Below the pieces are notes generated by a model. The model made no database searches. It was not told where the DNA came from and saw nothing but the letters and a program-made list of their open reading frames with translations. 32,000 nt of DNA from Methylorubrum extorquens (GTDB taxonomy: Bacteria; Pseudomonadota; Alphaproteobacteria; Rhizobiales; Beijerinckiaceae), in assembly GCA_900234795.1 (NCBI GenBank), contig LT962688.1, forward strand, positions 4,890,001-4,922,000, written 5' to 3'. The position numbers and the translations under genes were made by a program. The number at the start of each line of letters is the position of its first letter. The first letter of the stretch is position 1. Shown piece by piece: positions 16,807 to 25,089 of this stretch.

Positions 16807-17667
16807 TTACGCCAGCCGCCGCCGCCGCTCCACGAGCTGCATGATGATCGGCGTCAGAATGAGCTGCATCGCCAGATCGAGCTTGCCACCGGGGATGACG
16901 ATGGAATTGGCCCGGCTCATGAAGCTGTCGTGGATCATCGACACAAGATAGGAGAAATCGATCCCCTTCGGGTCCTTGAAGCGGATGACCACCATCGACT
17001 CGTCGGCGGTCGGAATCCACCGGGCGATGAACGGGTTCGAGGTGTCCACCGTCGGCACTCGCTGGAAGTTGATGTCTGTCCACGAGAATTGCGGGCAGAT
17101 CGTCTGCACGTAGTCGGGCATCCGGCGCAGGATCACGTCGGTGACAGCCTCGGTCGAGTAGCCCCGCGTCGAGCGGTCCCGGTGCAGCTTCTGAATCCAT
17201 TCGAGGTTGATGACCGGCACCACCCCGATCTTGAGGTCGGGATAGCGGGCGAGGTCGACGTTCTGATCGACCACGCAGCCATGCAGGCCTTCGTAGAACA
17301 GCAGGTCCGAGCCGGGCTGGAACGCCTCCCAGGGCGTGAAGGCGCCGATGGGTACGCCGTAGCGGGCCGCATCCGCCTCGTCGTGGGCGTAGTGCCGGGT
17401 GCGGCCGGTGCCGGATTCGCTGTAGCTGCGAAACACTTCCTCCAGCTCGGGCAGGAGGTTGGCGCGGGGCGCGAAATGGCTCAGCGTCGGCTCGCGCGCC
17501 ATCATCGCCCGCATGGTGTCGCGGTCATGCGCGTGGAAGCCGTCGCCCTCGATGTAGACGGCGCTGACATCCTCCCTTCGGAAGATCTGCTCGAAGGTGT
17601 TGCGGACCGAGGTGGTCCCGGCGCCCGAAGAGCCGGTGACCGAGATGATGGGATGACGCGCCGACAT
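16807..17667 (-). CDS. cbbP: Phosphoribulokinase
   Basis: Contains MSARHPIISVTGSSGAGTTSV, IEGDGFH, LLFYEGLHG and VVPVINLEWIQKLHRD, which is classic bacterial PRK sequence. Confidence 0.92.
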   Translation of the reverse strand: MSARHPIISVTGSSGAGTTSVRNTFEQIFRREDVSAVYIEGDGFHAHDRDTMRAMMAREPTLSHFAPRANLLPELEEVFRSYSESGTGRTRHYAHDEADAARYGVPIGAFTPWEAFQPGSDLLFYEGLHGCVVDQNVDLARYPDLKIGVVPVINLEWIQKLHRDRSTRGYSTEAVTDVILRRMPDYVQTICPQFSWTDINFQRVPTVDTSNPFIARWIPTADESMVVIRFKDPKGIDFSYLVSMIHDSFMSRANSIVIPGGKLDLAMQLILTPIIMQLVERRRRLA

Positions 17668-17702
17668 GGGCTTTTCAGATTAATCGGGCCGAGTGCTTGG
17701 TT

Positions 17703-17754
17703 CCAGAAGGCGATGATCCCGAATCATCGCCTTCTGGCCGCGCAAATGCGCGGC
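17703..17754 (-). promoter_or_regulatory. Two adjacent intercistronic stem-loops between cbbF and cbbP
   Basis: The first is a perfect 15-bp inverted repeat, CCAGAAGGCGATGAT (17703..17717) and ATCATCGCCTTCTGG (17723..17737), with a 5-nt loop. The second is a 7-bp stem GCCGCGC / GCGCGGC (17737..17754) with an AAAT loop. No U-tract follows either on the mRNA strand. Confidence 0.6.
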
Positions 17755-17814
17755 GGCGGTCATCCGCCGGACGCTGAGTCTGCGACCGTAGGTCGGGGAC
17801 TATGCACCCATTGA

Positions 17815-18870
17815 TCAACTCCGCATCAGGCCGCGCTGGCCGAACAGGGGTGAGCGGCCGGCGCTGGGCTGGCGGCCGTCATAGTACTTGGCCACGCACT
17901 CGACCTCCTCGGTGGAGCCGAACACCAGGGGGGAGCGCTCGTGGATCTTGGCGGCCACCCGCTCGAGGATGCGGCCCTGGCCGTCGGTGGCGCCGCCGCC
18001 CGCCTGCTCGATCAGGAAGGCGATGGGGGCGGTCTCGTACAAGAGGCGCAGGCGGCCCTGGGCGTAGCCCTTCCGGTTGTCGCCCGGATACAGGAACACG
18101 CCGCCGCGGATCAGCACCCGCTGCGCGTCCGCCACCAGCGCAGCGGTCCAGCGCATGTTGAAGTCACGGTCGCGCGGGCCTTCCGAGCCGCGCAGGCAAT
18201 CCTCGATGTAGGACTTCACCGGCCCGTCCCAGTGGCGGACGTTCGAGGCGTTGATCGCGTACTCGCTGGCGCTGGGGACGATCTTCATCGCGTCGTGGGT
18301 GAGGCGGAAGACGTTGTCCGTCCGGTCGAGGGTGAAGATGCGGGTGCCGTTGCCGAGCGTGACGACGAAGGTCGTGGCCGGGCCGTAGACGACGAAGCCG
18401 GCGGCCGTCTGCGTCGTGCCGGGGGTCAGGAACGAGGCATTGGGATCGTCGATCCCTTGGCCCTGCGTCACCGGGCGGATGCCGAAGATGGTGCCGACCA
18501 CCATGCCGACGCCGATATTGGACGAGCCGTCGAGCGGGTCGATCGCGACCGCCAGCGGCGCGCCGGCCTTCAGCGTCACCACGTCCTCGGCTTCCTCAGA
18601 GGCGACCTGCGCCACGGGGGCCTCTTCGAGCGCCCGCATGAAGCGCTTGTGGGCGATCACGTCGAGCGCCTTCTGCACGTCGCCGTCGCTGTTGTGCTCG
18701 CCCTGCGCGGCGAGGTCGCCCGCGAGCGACCCACGACCCACGGTCTCGCTCACGTCGATCGCAGCGGCGGCGAGCGCCCGGATCGTGGCGGCGGTATCGG
18801 CCAGCGAGGGCTCCCGCGCGACTTCGGCGTCGAGATGGTCGTCGAGGGATGACCCGTAGGGCTTCGTCAT
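17815..18870 (-). CDS. cbbF: Fructose-1,6-bisphosphatase class 1 (cbb-type)
   Basis: Contains VASEEAED, LAVAIDPLDGSSNIGVGMVVGTIFGI, YGPATTFV and GGVFLYPGD, which are FBPase class 1 hallmarks. Confidence 0.92.
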   Translation of the reverse strand: MTKPYGSSLDDHLDAEVAREPSLADTAATIRALAAAAIDVSETVGRGSLAGDLAAQGEHNSDGDVQKALDVIAHKRFMRALEEAPVAQVASEEAEDVVTLKAGAPLAVAIDPLDGSSNIGVGMVVGTIFGIRPVTQGQGIDDPNASFLTPGTTQTAAGFVVYGPATTFVVTLGNGTRIFTLDRTDNVFRLTHDAMKIVPSASEYAINASNVRHWDGPVKSYIEDCLRGSEGPRDRDFNMRWTAALVADAQRVLIRGGVFLYPGDNRKGYAQGRLRLLYETAPIAFLIEQAGGGATDGQGRILERVAAKIHERSPLVFGSTEEVECVAKYYDGRQPSAGRSPLFGQRGLMRS

Positions 18871-19016
18871 CGTTCTGAGGCTCGCTCCCGTCGAACCCGC
18901 GCGTGTGACTCAAGGTCCTGCGCGGCGTTCTTATCGGCCATGCGCGCGCGGAGGCGTGCAGGGCTATCTCGCGCTATGATACGCTGTGGCGAGGCGGCAG
19001 CGCCAGACGGCACGAG

Positions 19017-19078
19017 ACGGCTGTCGAAAGATTTCTAAAAAAACTTGTGGTGCCCCGCAAAAAAACTAAAACCGGGGC
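19017..19078. promoter_or_regulatory. AT-rich phased A-tract region in the cbbR-like/cbbF divergent spacer; candidate LysR operator/promoter region
   Basis: AAAAAAACT occurs twice (19037..19045 and 19059..19067), 22 bp apart. The inverted repeat GCCCCG (19052..19057) / CGGGGC (19073..19078) ends directly at the LysR ATG. The function is inferred only from position. Confidence 0.3.
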
Positions 19079-20069
19079 ATGCGCAATCTTTCGCTCAAGC
19101 AGCTCCAGGCGGTCGCCGCAGTCGCACGGCTCGGCACAATGACGCGGGCCGCGCAGGAGCTTAACGTCACTTCCGCCGCGCTCTACGCACGCATCCGCCA
19201 GCTCGAGGAGGAGGCGGGCCTCCTCCTGTTCGACCGCACGCCGACCGGCCTCAAGCCGACCGATGCGGGACGCGAGATGCTGTGGGCGATCAACAGCATC
19301 AACACCGTGCTGGAGACCTGCACGGACCGCTTGCGCACCCTGAAGGGCGGCGGTGGCGGCCGAGTCGGCCTCGGGGTTGTTTCCACGGCGAAATATTTCG
19401 CGCCGCTCGTCATCGCCGGCTTCATGGAGACCCATCCGAAAGTCGAGATCTCGCTCACCGTCGGCAACCGGCAGGACACGATCGAGGCGCTGCGCAACTA
19501 CGACATCGATTTCGCGATCATGGGCCGCCCGCCGCGGGACTTCGCCATCGAGGCGGAGACGTTCGGGCCCCATCCCCTGGTGCTGATCGCCGCCCCCGAC
19601 CACCCGATGGCCGGGCGGCGCGGGCTGACGCGGGCGGATCTGGCCGAGGAATCTTTCCTCGTGCGCGAGGAGGGCTCGGGCACCCGCTCGGTGTTCGAGG
19701 AGTTCATGAACGGCGTGATGATCCGCCGGGCCAAGCTCGGGATCGATTCCGGCTCGAACGAGACACTGAAGCAGGCGGTGATGGCGGGCCTCGGCATCGC
19801 GCTTCTGTCCGGCCACTCGGTGGCGGCGGAGGTGGCGAGCGGGCGCCTCGTCCTCCTCGACGTGGAGGGTCTGCCGATCCGGCGCGACTGGTACGTCGTG
19901 CGCCGCGCCGACAAGGTGCTCGGTCCGGCCTCCGACGCGTTCTGGGACTATCTCGCGCAGGAGGGGGCACCGCTTCTTGCCGAGCATTCCCGGCGATTTC
20001 TTCCCGGAGGACTCGGCCGCAGCAGCGCCGCTCAAGGCAGTCCGCAGCCCGGCCGAGGCGGGCGAATGA
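19079..20069 (+). CDS. cbbR: LysR-family regulator, CbbR/QscR-like. As written it has no own stop (ORF runs to 20470); the likely true 3' end is in the +1 frame, ending at TGA 20067..20069
   Basis: Has an N-terminal wHTH (LKQLQAVAAVARLGTMTRAAQELNVTSAALYARIRQLEEEAGLLLFDR) and a LysR substrate domain. It is divergent from cbbF-cbbP. See the finding on the G5 run at 19963..19967. Confidence 0.8.
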
Positions 20070-21308
20070 GCGGGCCGATGGAGACGATCGTCATCGTCGG
20101 GGCGGGGCAGGCCGGCTTCCAGGCCGCCGCCTCGCTGCGGGAGGCGGGATTTTCCGGCCGCCTGACCCTCGTCGGCGAGGAGGCCGCGCTGCCCTACCAG
20201 CGCCCGCCGCTGTCGAAGGCCTATCTTGCCGGCAAGACCGATGCCCGCGGTTTGCTGCTGCGGCAGGAGAGCTTTTTCGCCGAGCACCGCATCGCGCACC
20301 GGCCCGGGACACGGGTGACGGCGATCGACCGCGCCGGGCGCAGCGTCCGGCTCTCGGATGGCGAGGATCTGTCTTACGACCACCTCATCCTGGCGACGGG
20401 CACCCGCAACCGGGCGCTGCCGGTGCCGGGGGGCCGATCTCGCGGGCGTGCGCCAGCTTCGTTCCCTTGACGATGCCGATGCGCTGCGCGCGGCAATCGA
20501 GGGCATCCACCGGATCGTCGTGATCGGCGCGGGCTTCATCGGCCTCGAATTCGCGGCGGTCTGCGCCGCCCGCGGCCTCTCCGTCACGGTGATCGAGGCG
20601 GCCGAGCGCGTCATGGCGCGGGCGGTCTCGCCCGAGACCTCGGAGGCGTTCCGCGCCTTCCACGACGAGGCCGGCGTCACCTTCCTGTTCGGGGCGGGCG
20701 TCACCGCCATCGAGGGGGAGGGGGGACGGGCCGCGGCGGTCCGCACCGCCGACGGGCAGAGCCTGCCCGCCGACCTCGTGCTCGTCGGCATCGGCGTGGT
20801 GCCCAACCAAGAACTTGCGGCGGAAGCCGGCCTCGCCGTGCGCGACGGCATCGAGATCGATGCCTTCCTGGCAACCAGCGACCCGGCGATCTCGGCCATC
20901 GGCGATTGCGTGCGCTTCCCGAGCCGTTTCGCGTCGAGAATGCCCGGCGGCGACCGGGTACGGATCGAATCGGTCCAGAACGCGGTCGATCAGGGCCGCT
21001 GCCTCGCCGCGCGGCTCACCGGCCGGCCCGCCGCCTACGACGCGGTGCCGTGGTTCTGGAGCGATCAGGGCCCGCGCAAGCTCCAGATCGCCGGGCTCGC
21101 CGCGCCGTCTGACGCGAGCGTCCTGCGCCGCGCCGGCGCCGGCTTTTCGGTGTTCCGCTTCCGCGATGGCGCGCTCAGCGCCGTCGAATCGGTCGATCGC
21201 CCCGCTGACCATATGGCGGCCCGCCGCCTTCTGGCCGCGGGCAAGAGGCTGACGCCGGAGCAGGCCGGCGATCCGGGCTTCGACCTCAAGGCCCTCGCGA
21301 CGGGCTGA
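20066..21308 (+). pseudogene. Ferredoxin/rubredoxin-reductase-type FAD-dependent pyridine nucleotide-disulfide oxidoreductase, interrupted by a +1 frameshift in a G6 run
   Basis: The N-terminal part (METIVIVGAGQAGFQAA...LILATGTRNRALPVPG) is in the frame of 19079. The rest (ADLAGVRQLRSLDDADALR...VVIGAGFIGLEFAA...AIGDC...) is in the frame of the 20358..21308 ORF. The junction is GGGGGG at 20428..20433, and removing one G restores VPGADLAGV. Confidence 0.8.
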
Positions 21309-21317
21309 GGTTTTACC

Positions 21318-21596
21318 TCAGCGGTCGTTCTCGGTGGTGAGCTGATCGAGGCGCGTGCCCTCGTCGCCGCCGCGCTGCTGCTCGGACAGCCGGACGCCCG
21401 GCGTCGCACCGTCGGTGAAGACGATGCCGCCCTGCATCAGGGCGCTGCGCAAAGCCTCGACCTGGCCGGAGGCGGAATCGCCCGTGCCGGCCTCGAACCC
21501 CTTGATGAAGCCTTCGTCCAGCCCCGAGCGGCGGGCGAGATCCGCCTCGGACCAGCCGAGCAGGCCGCGGGCACCCCGGCACTGGGCCGCATTCAT
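21318..21596 (-). CDS. Small XRE-family helix-turn-helix transcriptional regulator (92 aa)
   Basis: Starts MNAAQCRGARGLLGWSEADLARRSGLDEGFIKGFEAG and continues with IVFTDGATPGVRL. This matches the short HTH proteins common in Methylobacterium-like genomes. The 446-aa listed ORF is otherwise antisense junk over the META gene. Confidence 0.7.
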   Translation of the reverse strand: MNAAQCRGARGLLGWSEADLARRSGLDEGFIKGFEAGTGDSASGQVEALRSALMQGGIVFTDGATPGVRLSEQQRGGDEGTRLDQLTTENDR

Positions 21597-22052
21597 CGTG
21601 TTGGGCGAAGCTCCGCTCGACGCACCTTCATCCGATCCCGTCAAAGCGCTCTCCTCGATCCTTGGCAGATACCACCCCGCGCCACGGGGCATGGGATCGT
21701 TCAACGGTCCGACGGGCCGGTTCGTTTCGGTGAAGCTTGTGAGAAACGGCGTTTCGCCTGGCTCGAAGACTCGCCGGGCGAGAATTCTTGCCGCACAAGG
21801 TTCGCGGCGCGTCGAAACGGACGGGATCGCCGCTGAACCGGGTCTCGGGCCGGTCTTGACCATAATTGTGCTTGAATCTGTGCCGATTCCCCCTAGCGCC
21901 CAGGACCGGCTGCCGAGAGGGAGCACGGCCCGAAGGATACGGAGCATGCGCCGGCTCGGCCCAATCATCGGGCGAAGAGCCGAGCCGCTGGCCAAGTGGG
22001 GCTCCAAGGGGGGCTCCGGGGTGAAGCAGTCGAGCAGACAGGGGGCTGAACG

Positions 22053-22556
22053 ATGAACAGGATGCTGACCGCCGCGCTGGCCTGCGCGGTTGCCGCGGGC
22101 GCGCTCGCGGCCGTGCCGGCTGCGGCGCAAATGGGCATGGGCGGCAATACGTCCGGTTTCGGCGCGGGCAAGCAGCCCGATAAGAAGCCGCAATACGTCC
22201 CCGGCGCGAAGCCGACGGAGAAGATGTTTCCGCTCGGCTCGATGTGGACCGCCGTCAGCATGAACGGCAAGCCGTTCACCGGTGCCGACCGCCCGAGCTT
22301 CATCATCGACGCGCAGTACCGCGCCCGCGGCTATGGCGGCTGCAACACCTTCACCGCCACCGCTTTCCCCCTGCGCGAACAGCATCTCGCCGTCGGTCCC
22401 TTGGCGCTCACCAAGAAGACCTGCGACAAGGCCTTGGCGGCCACCGAGCAGGCCTTCCTCGTCGCCCTGCGCACGGCGGGCAAGTGGGACCTCGACGGTT
22501 CGCAACTCGTGATCCGCAGCCAGAACGGCGAGCTGCGGTTTGATCGGGCCCTGTAG
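22053..22556 (+). CDS. META-domain (HslJ-like) secreted protein
   Basis: The signal peptide is MNRMLTAALACAVAAGALAAVPAAAQ. The core contains RARGYGGCNTFTATAF, KKTC and AATEQAFLVALRTAGKWDLDGSQLVI, which fits the META domain pattern. Confidence 0.8.
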   Translation: MNRMLTAALACAVAAGALAAVPAAAQMGMGGNTSGFGAGKQPDKKPQYVPGAKPTEKMFPLGSMWTAVSMNGKPFTGADRPSFIIDAQYRARGYGGCNTFTATAFPLREQHLAVGPLALTKKTCDKALAATEQAFLVALRTAGKWDLDGSQLVIRSQNGELRFDRAL

Positions 22557-22734
22557 GCGCCCCATTCTCGAACAGCCCGCCGGTTCCTCGGACGAGCCGG
22601 CGCGCGATCGCTTTAAGTCCCCGTTGACGACGATTCGTGGACGGGAGCCTGGATTCATCCTCCGTCAGGCTCCCGCGCCGTTTCCTCGCGCCCCTCGGTC
22701 GCGCTCCGCGCGGCCACTCAGGCGGAGAGACGGA

Positions 22735-22911
22735 ATGCGGATCGGCCGGGTTCATCAGCGCGTCGTCCCGAAGGTGCGGCCGGCGGCCTCCCACGCGGCG
22801 CGTTACGACTTCGTCCGCGCCCACCACGAGGGTGCGGCGACCCTGGCCGCCCTCGCCACCAGTTCGGGAATCGGCATCCTGATCCTCGCCACCCGCTTCC
22901 TCGTCGCCTGA
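22735..22911 (+). CDS. Possible small tail-anchored membrane protein (58 aa)
   Basis: GGAGAG lies 5 nt before ATG 22735. Third codon positions are very G/C-rich by hand count. The C-terminal segment is hydrophobic (LAALATSSGIGILILATRFLVA). Confidence 0.35.
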   Translation: MRIGRVHQRVVPKVRPAASHAARYDFVRAHHEGAATLAALATSSGIGILILATRFLVA

Positions 22912-23266
22912 ACCGCGATCGCGGACCGTAACCGGCCCGTCGATTCGGAGTGACGAGGATGACAATACTGTCGTCTGGCGGCGAAAAAGGAAAATAAAAT
23001 TCTCCGCTAAAGCTCAGCCGTGCGCAGTCCGTGTAAAGACTGGTATCCGCCCGGCGTGAAGCTCGACGGAGCTTGCGAAATCGGCTACGCGTCGCCGCAG
23101 CGGACCTCGCTTCGGCGGGAGCGCTAAGTTTCTGGTTTCGCGTCGGCTTTGTCCCCTGGCGGTCGTCTTCCTTCGGGCCGATGTGAAAGCCTTTCGTGTT
23201 GGCGCGCGCTCCTGCACCGGGCCGGTGGCCGTTGCGGCACGGGAGCGCTCAGGGAGCGGACAGACG

Positions 23267-24247
23267 ATGACAGACACCTCGACCCCGGACACCGCGCGCA
23301 AGCCCGGACACGGCCGCGTCTACGGCTCGATCACCGAGACCATCGGCAACACGCCGCTCGTGCGCCTCAACCGGCTCACCAAGGAGCGGGGCGTCGATGC
23401 CGAAATCCTGCTCAAGCTCGAATTCTTCAACCCGATTTCGAGCGTGAAGGACCGTATCGGCGTCAACATGATCGACGCGCTGGAAGCCTCCGGCCGGCTC
23501 AAGCCCGGCGGCACGCTGGTCGAGCCGACCTCGGGCAATACCGGCATCGCGCTGGCCTTCGTCGCCGCCGCCCGCGGCTACCGCCTGATCCTGGTCATGC
23601 CGGAGACGATGTCAGTGGAGCGCCGCAAGATGCTGGCCTTCCTCGGCGCGCAGCTCGAACTGACGCCGGGCGCGCAAGGCATGAAGGGCGCGATCGGTCG
23701 CGCCGAGGAGCTCCTGCGCGAGATCGACGGCGCGGTGATGCCGCAGCAATTCTCGAACCCGGCCAACCCGGAGATCCACCGCAAGACGACGGCGGAAGAG
23801 ATCTGGAACGATACGCAGGGTCAGCTCGACGCCTTCGTGGCGGGTGTCGGCACCGGCGGTACGGTGACCGGCGTCGGCGAGGTGCTCAAGCCGCGTCTGC
23901 CCAACCTCAAGGTGTTCGCGGTGGAGCCGGTGGACAGCCCCGTGATCTCCGGTGGCCAGCCCGGCCCGCACAAGATCCAGGGTATCGGCGCGGGCTTCAT
24001 CCCCGACAACCTGCACACCGACATCCTCGACGGCGTGCTCAAGGTGTCGAACCAGCAGGCGATCGACACCGCCCGCGACCTCGCCAAGTTCGAGGGCATC
24101 CCCGGCGGCATCTCGACCGGCGGCAATGTCGCGGCGGCGCTGGAGCTGGCGGGCCGCCCCGAGTTCCAGGGCAAGCGCATCGTCACCATCGCCTGCTCGT
24201 TCGCCGAGCGCTACATCTCCTCGGTGCTCTTCGAAGGCATCGGCTAA
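23267..24247 (+). CDS. cysK: Cysteine synthase A (O-acetylserine sulfhydrylase)
   Basis: Contains [28 protein letters not shown] (PLP lysine), [12 protein letters not shown] and [12 protein letters not shown]. The internal ATG at 23267 was chosen. Confidence 0.93.
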   Translation: MTDTSTPDTARKPGHGRVYGSITETIGNTPLVRLNRLTKERGVDAEILLKLEFFNPISSVKDRIGVNMIDALEASGRLKPGGTLVEPTSGNTGIALAFVAAARGYRLILVMPETMSVERRKMLAFLGAQLELTPGAQGMKGAIGRAEELLREIDGAVMPQQFSNPANPEIHRKTTAEEIWNDTQGQLDAFVAGVGTGGTVTGVGEVLKPRLPNLKVFAVEPVDSPVISGGQPGPHKIQGIGAGFIPDNLHTDILDGVLKVSNQQAIDTARDLAKFEGIPGGISTGGNVAAALELAGRPEFQGKRIVTIACSFAERYISSVLFEGIG

Positions 24248-24257
24248 CACGCATCGC

Positions 24258-24288
24258 GCGGTGCGGGTCTGCGACGGACCCGCACCGC
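24258..24288 (+). terminator. GC-rich hairpin after cysK (terminator-like, no U-tract)
   Basis: A 12-bp perfect stem, GCGGTGCGGGTC / GACCCGCACCGC, with a 7-nt loop, 11 nt after the cysK stop. Confidence 0.5.
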
Positions 24289-24338
24289 AACTCCTCCGGT
24301 CCCGGATTGTTGTCCCGGTCAGATCAGGAGGACGAAGA

Positions 24339-24731
24339 ATGACGGAGACTTCCCCCGACCGGCCGTCGCTGAAGGCGTTCGACGCCTATGCGGATCGCAA
24401 CGGCCAGGATTTCGGCACCGATTCGCCCCTCGATATGGGCATCCCCTCGCGGACCCAGGCGGACCTGAAGAGCAATCCCGACGGAACGGCCGAGACCGCG
24501 CGCATCGCGTCCGGCACCGAGCACCAGGGCCAGGACGCGGTGGACCAGACCGAGGCCGAGACGCCCGCCGAAAATCTGCGCCGGATCTCCGATCCGTCCT
24601 CCCGCTCCGAACCCGACGCGACGGCGCAGGAGGCGATCGAGCGCGCCACCGCCGCTGTCGGCCAGGAAGAGCCGCCGCGTCACGGCGAGGATCTCGGCGA
24701 ACGTGATGGGGGAGGCCGTGATGGGAAATGA
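24339..24731 (+). CDS. Small acidic intrinsically disordered protein (130 aa), unknown function
   Basis: AGGAGGA at 24326..24332 lies 6 nt before ATG 24339. The frame has high GC3. The sequence MTETSPDRPSLKAFDAYADRNGQDFGTDSPLDMG...GEDLGERDGGGRDGK is D/E/T/S/P/G/A rich with no hydrophobic core. Confidence 0.55.
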   Translation: MTETSPDRPSLKAFDAYADRNGQDFGTDSPLDMGIPSRTQADLKSNPDGTAETARIASGTEHQGQDAVDQTEAETPAENLRRISDPSSRSEPDATAQEAIERATAAVGQEEPPRHGEDLGERDGGGRDGK

Positions 24732-25047
24732 AAACCGGCCCGACGAAGACCTGAGCAACACCGGCACCCGCAAGCCCGACGAGGCGGTTGGCTCGCCCGG
24801 CCCCCATCCGGCGGGCGGCGGCCACCAGACCTCCGAGCAGGCGGCGATCACCGGACAGGGGTCCGGCGGGCGCTCCGATGCCGAGCGGCACGGTGAATGG
24901 GGCGAAGGCGCGGAAGCGGGCGCGGCCGGACGCACGCCGCCCGCGATCGGCGGTTCGTCCGGTGGCCATTCGGACCGCAAGGCCTCGGCCGGCCCGCGTG
25001 AGGGGGAGCCCATCGCGGGCGAGCCCGACCGAGCCAAGCACTCCTGA
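24721..25047 (+). CDS. Small Gly/Glu/Pro-rich disordered protein (108 aa), unknown function
   Basis: GGGGGAGG at 24708..24715 precedes ATG 24721; alternative starts are 24703, 24706 and 24718. It overlaps the upstream stop by 11 nt. The sequence is MGNENRPDEDLSNTGTRKPDEAVG...GEPDRAKHS. Confidence 0.45.
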   Translation: MGNENRPDEDLSNTGTRKPDEAVGSPGPHPAGGGHQTSEQAAITGQGSGGRSDAERHGEWGEGAEAGAAGRTPPAIGGSSGGHSDRKASAGPREGEPIAGEPDRAKHS

Positions 25048-25089
25048 GCCGCGCCGGCCCGCACCCCAATTCCAAGAGGGAACTTGACG

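Noticed and set aside
19079-21308. Reading the LysR gene plus the reductase as one genuine regulator-flavoprotein fusion of about 740 aa
   Set aside because: The 35-codon linker in the written frame has poor third-position G/C (21/35), against 29/35 in the +1 frame. The +1 frame ends in an ATGA overlap with the reductase ATG. The reductase also has its own start context and is itself frameshifted. Two adjacent genes plus homopolymer indels is the simpler explanation.
21597-22052. Extra coding or riboswitch content in the 455-bp spacer between the XRE gene and the META gene
   Set aside because: The only open frames are extensions of shadow ORFs. I found no SD-start pairs with G/C-rich third positions and no recognisable RNA motif. 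The lower local GC is consistent with divergent promoters.
22912-23266. SAM-II or other riboswitch/sRNA in the AT-richer 355-bp cysK leader (contains AAAGCT and a GACAATACTGTC palindrome)
   Set aside because: There is a single hexamer match and no supporting pseudoknot partner sequence. cysK is not a typical SAM-II target. The region most likely holds promoter or CysB-type operator DNA.
24289-24338. EcfG/general-stress promoter upstream of the disordered-protein cluster (GCAAC-N16/17-TGTT/GTTG)
   Set aside because: Both half-sites deviate from GGAAC and CGTT. The GGAAC at 25078 before the third ORF has no CGTT at the right spacing. This is not enough to call a promoter.
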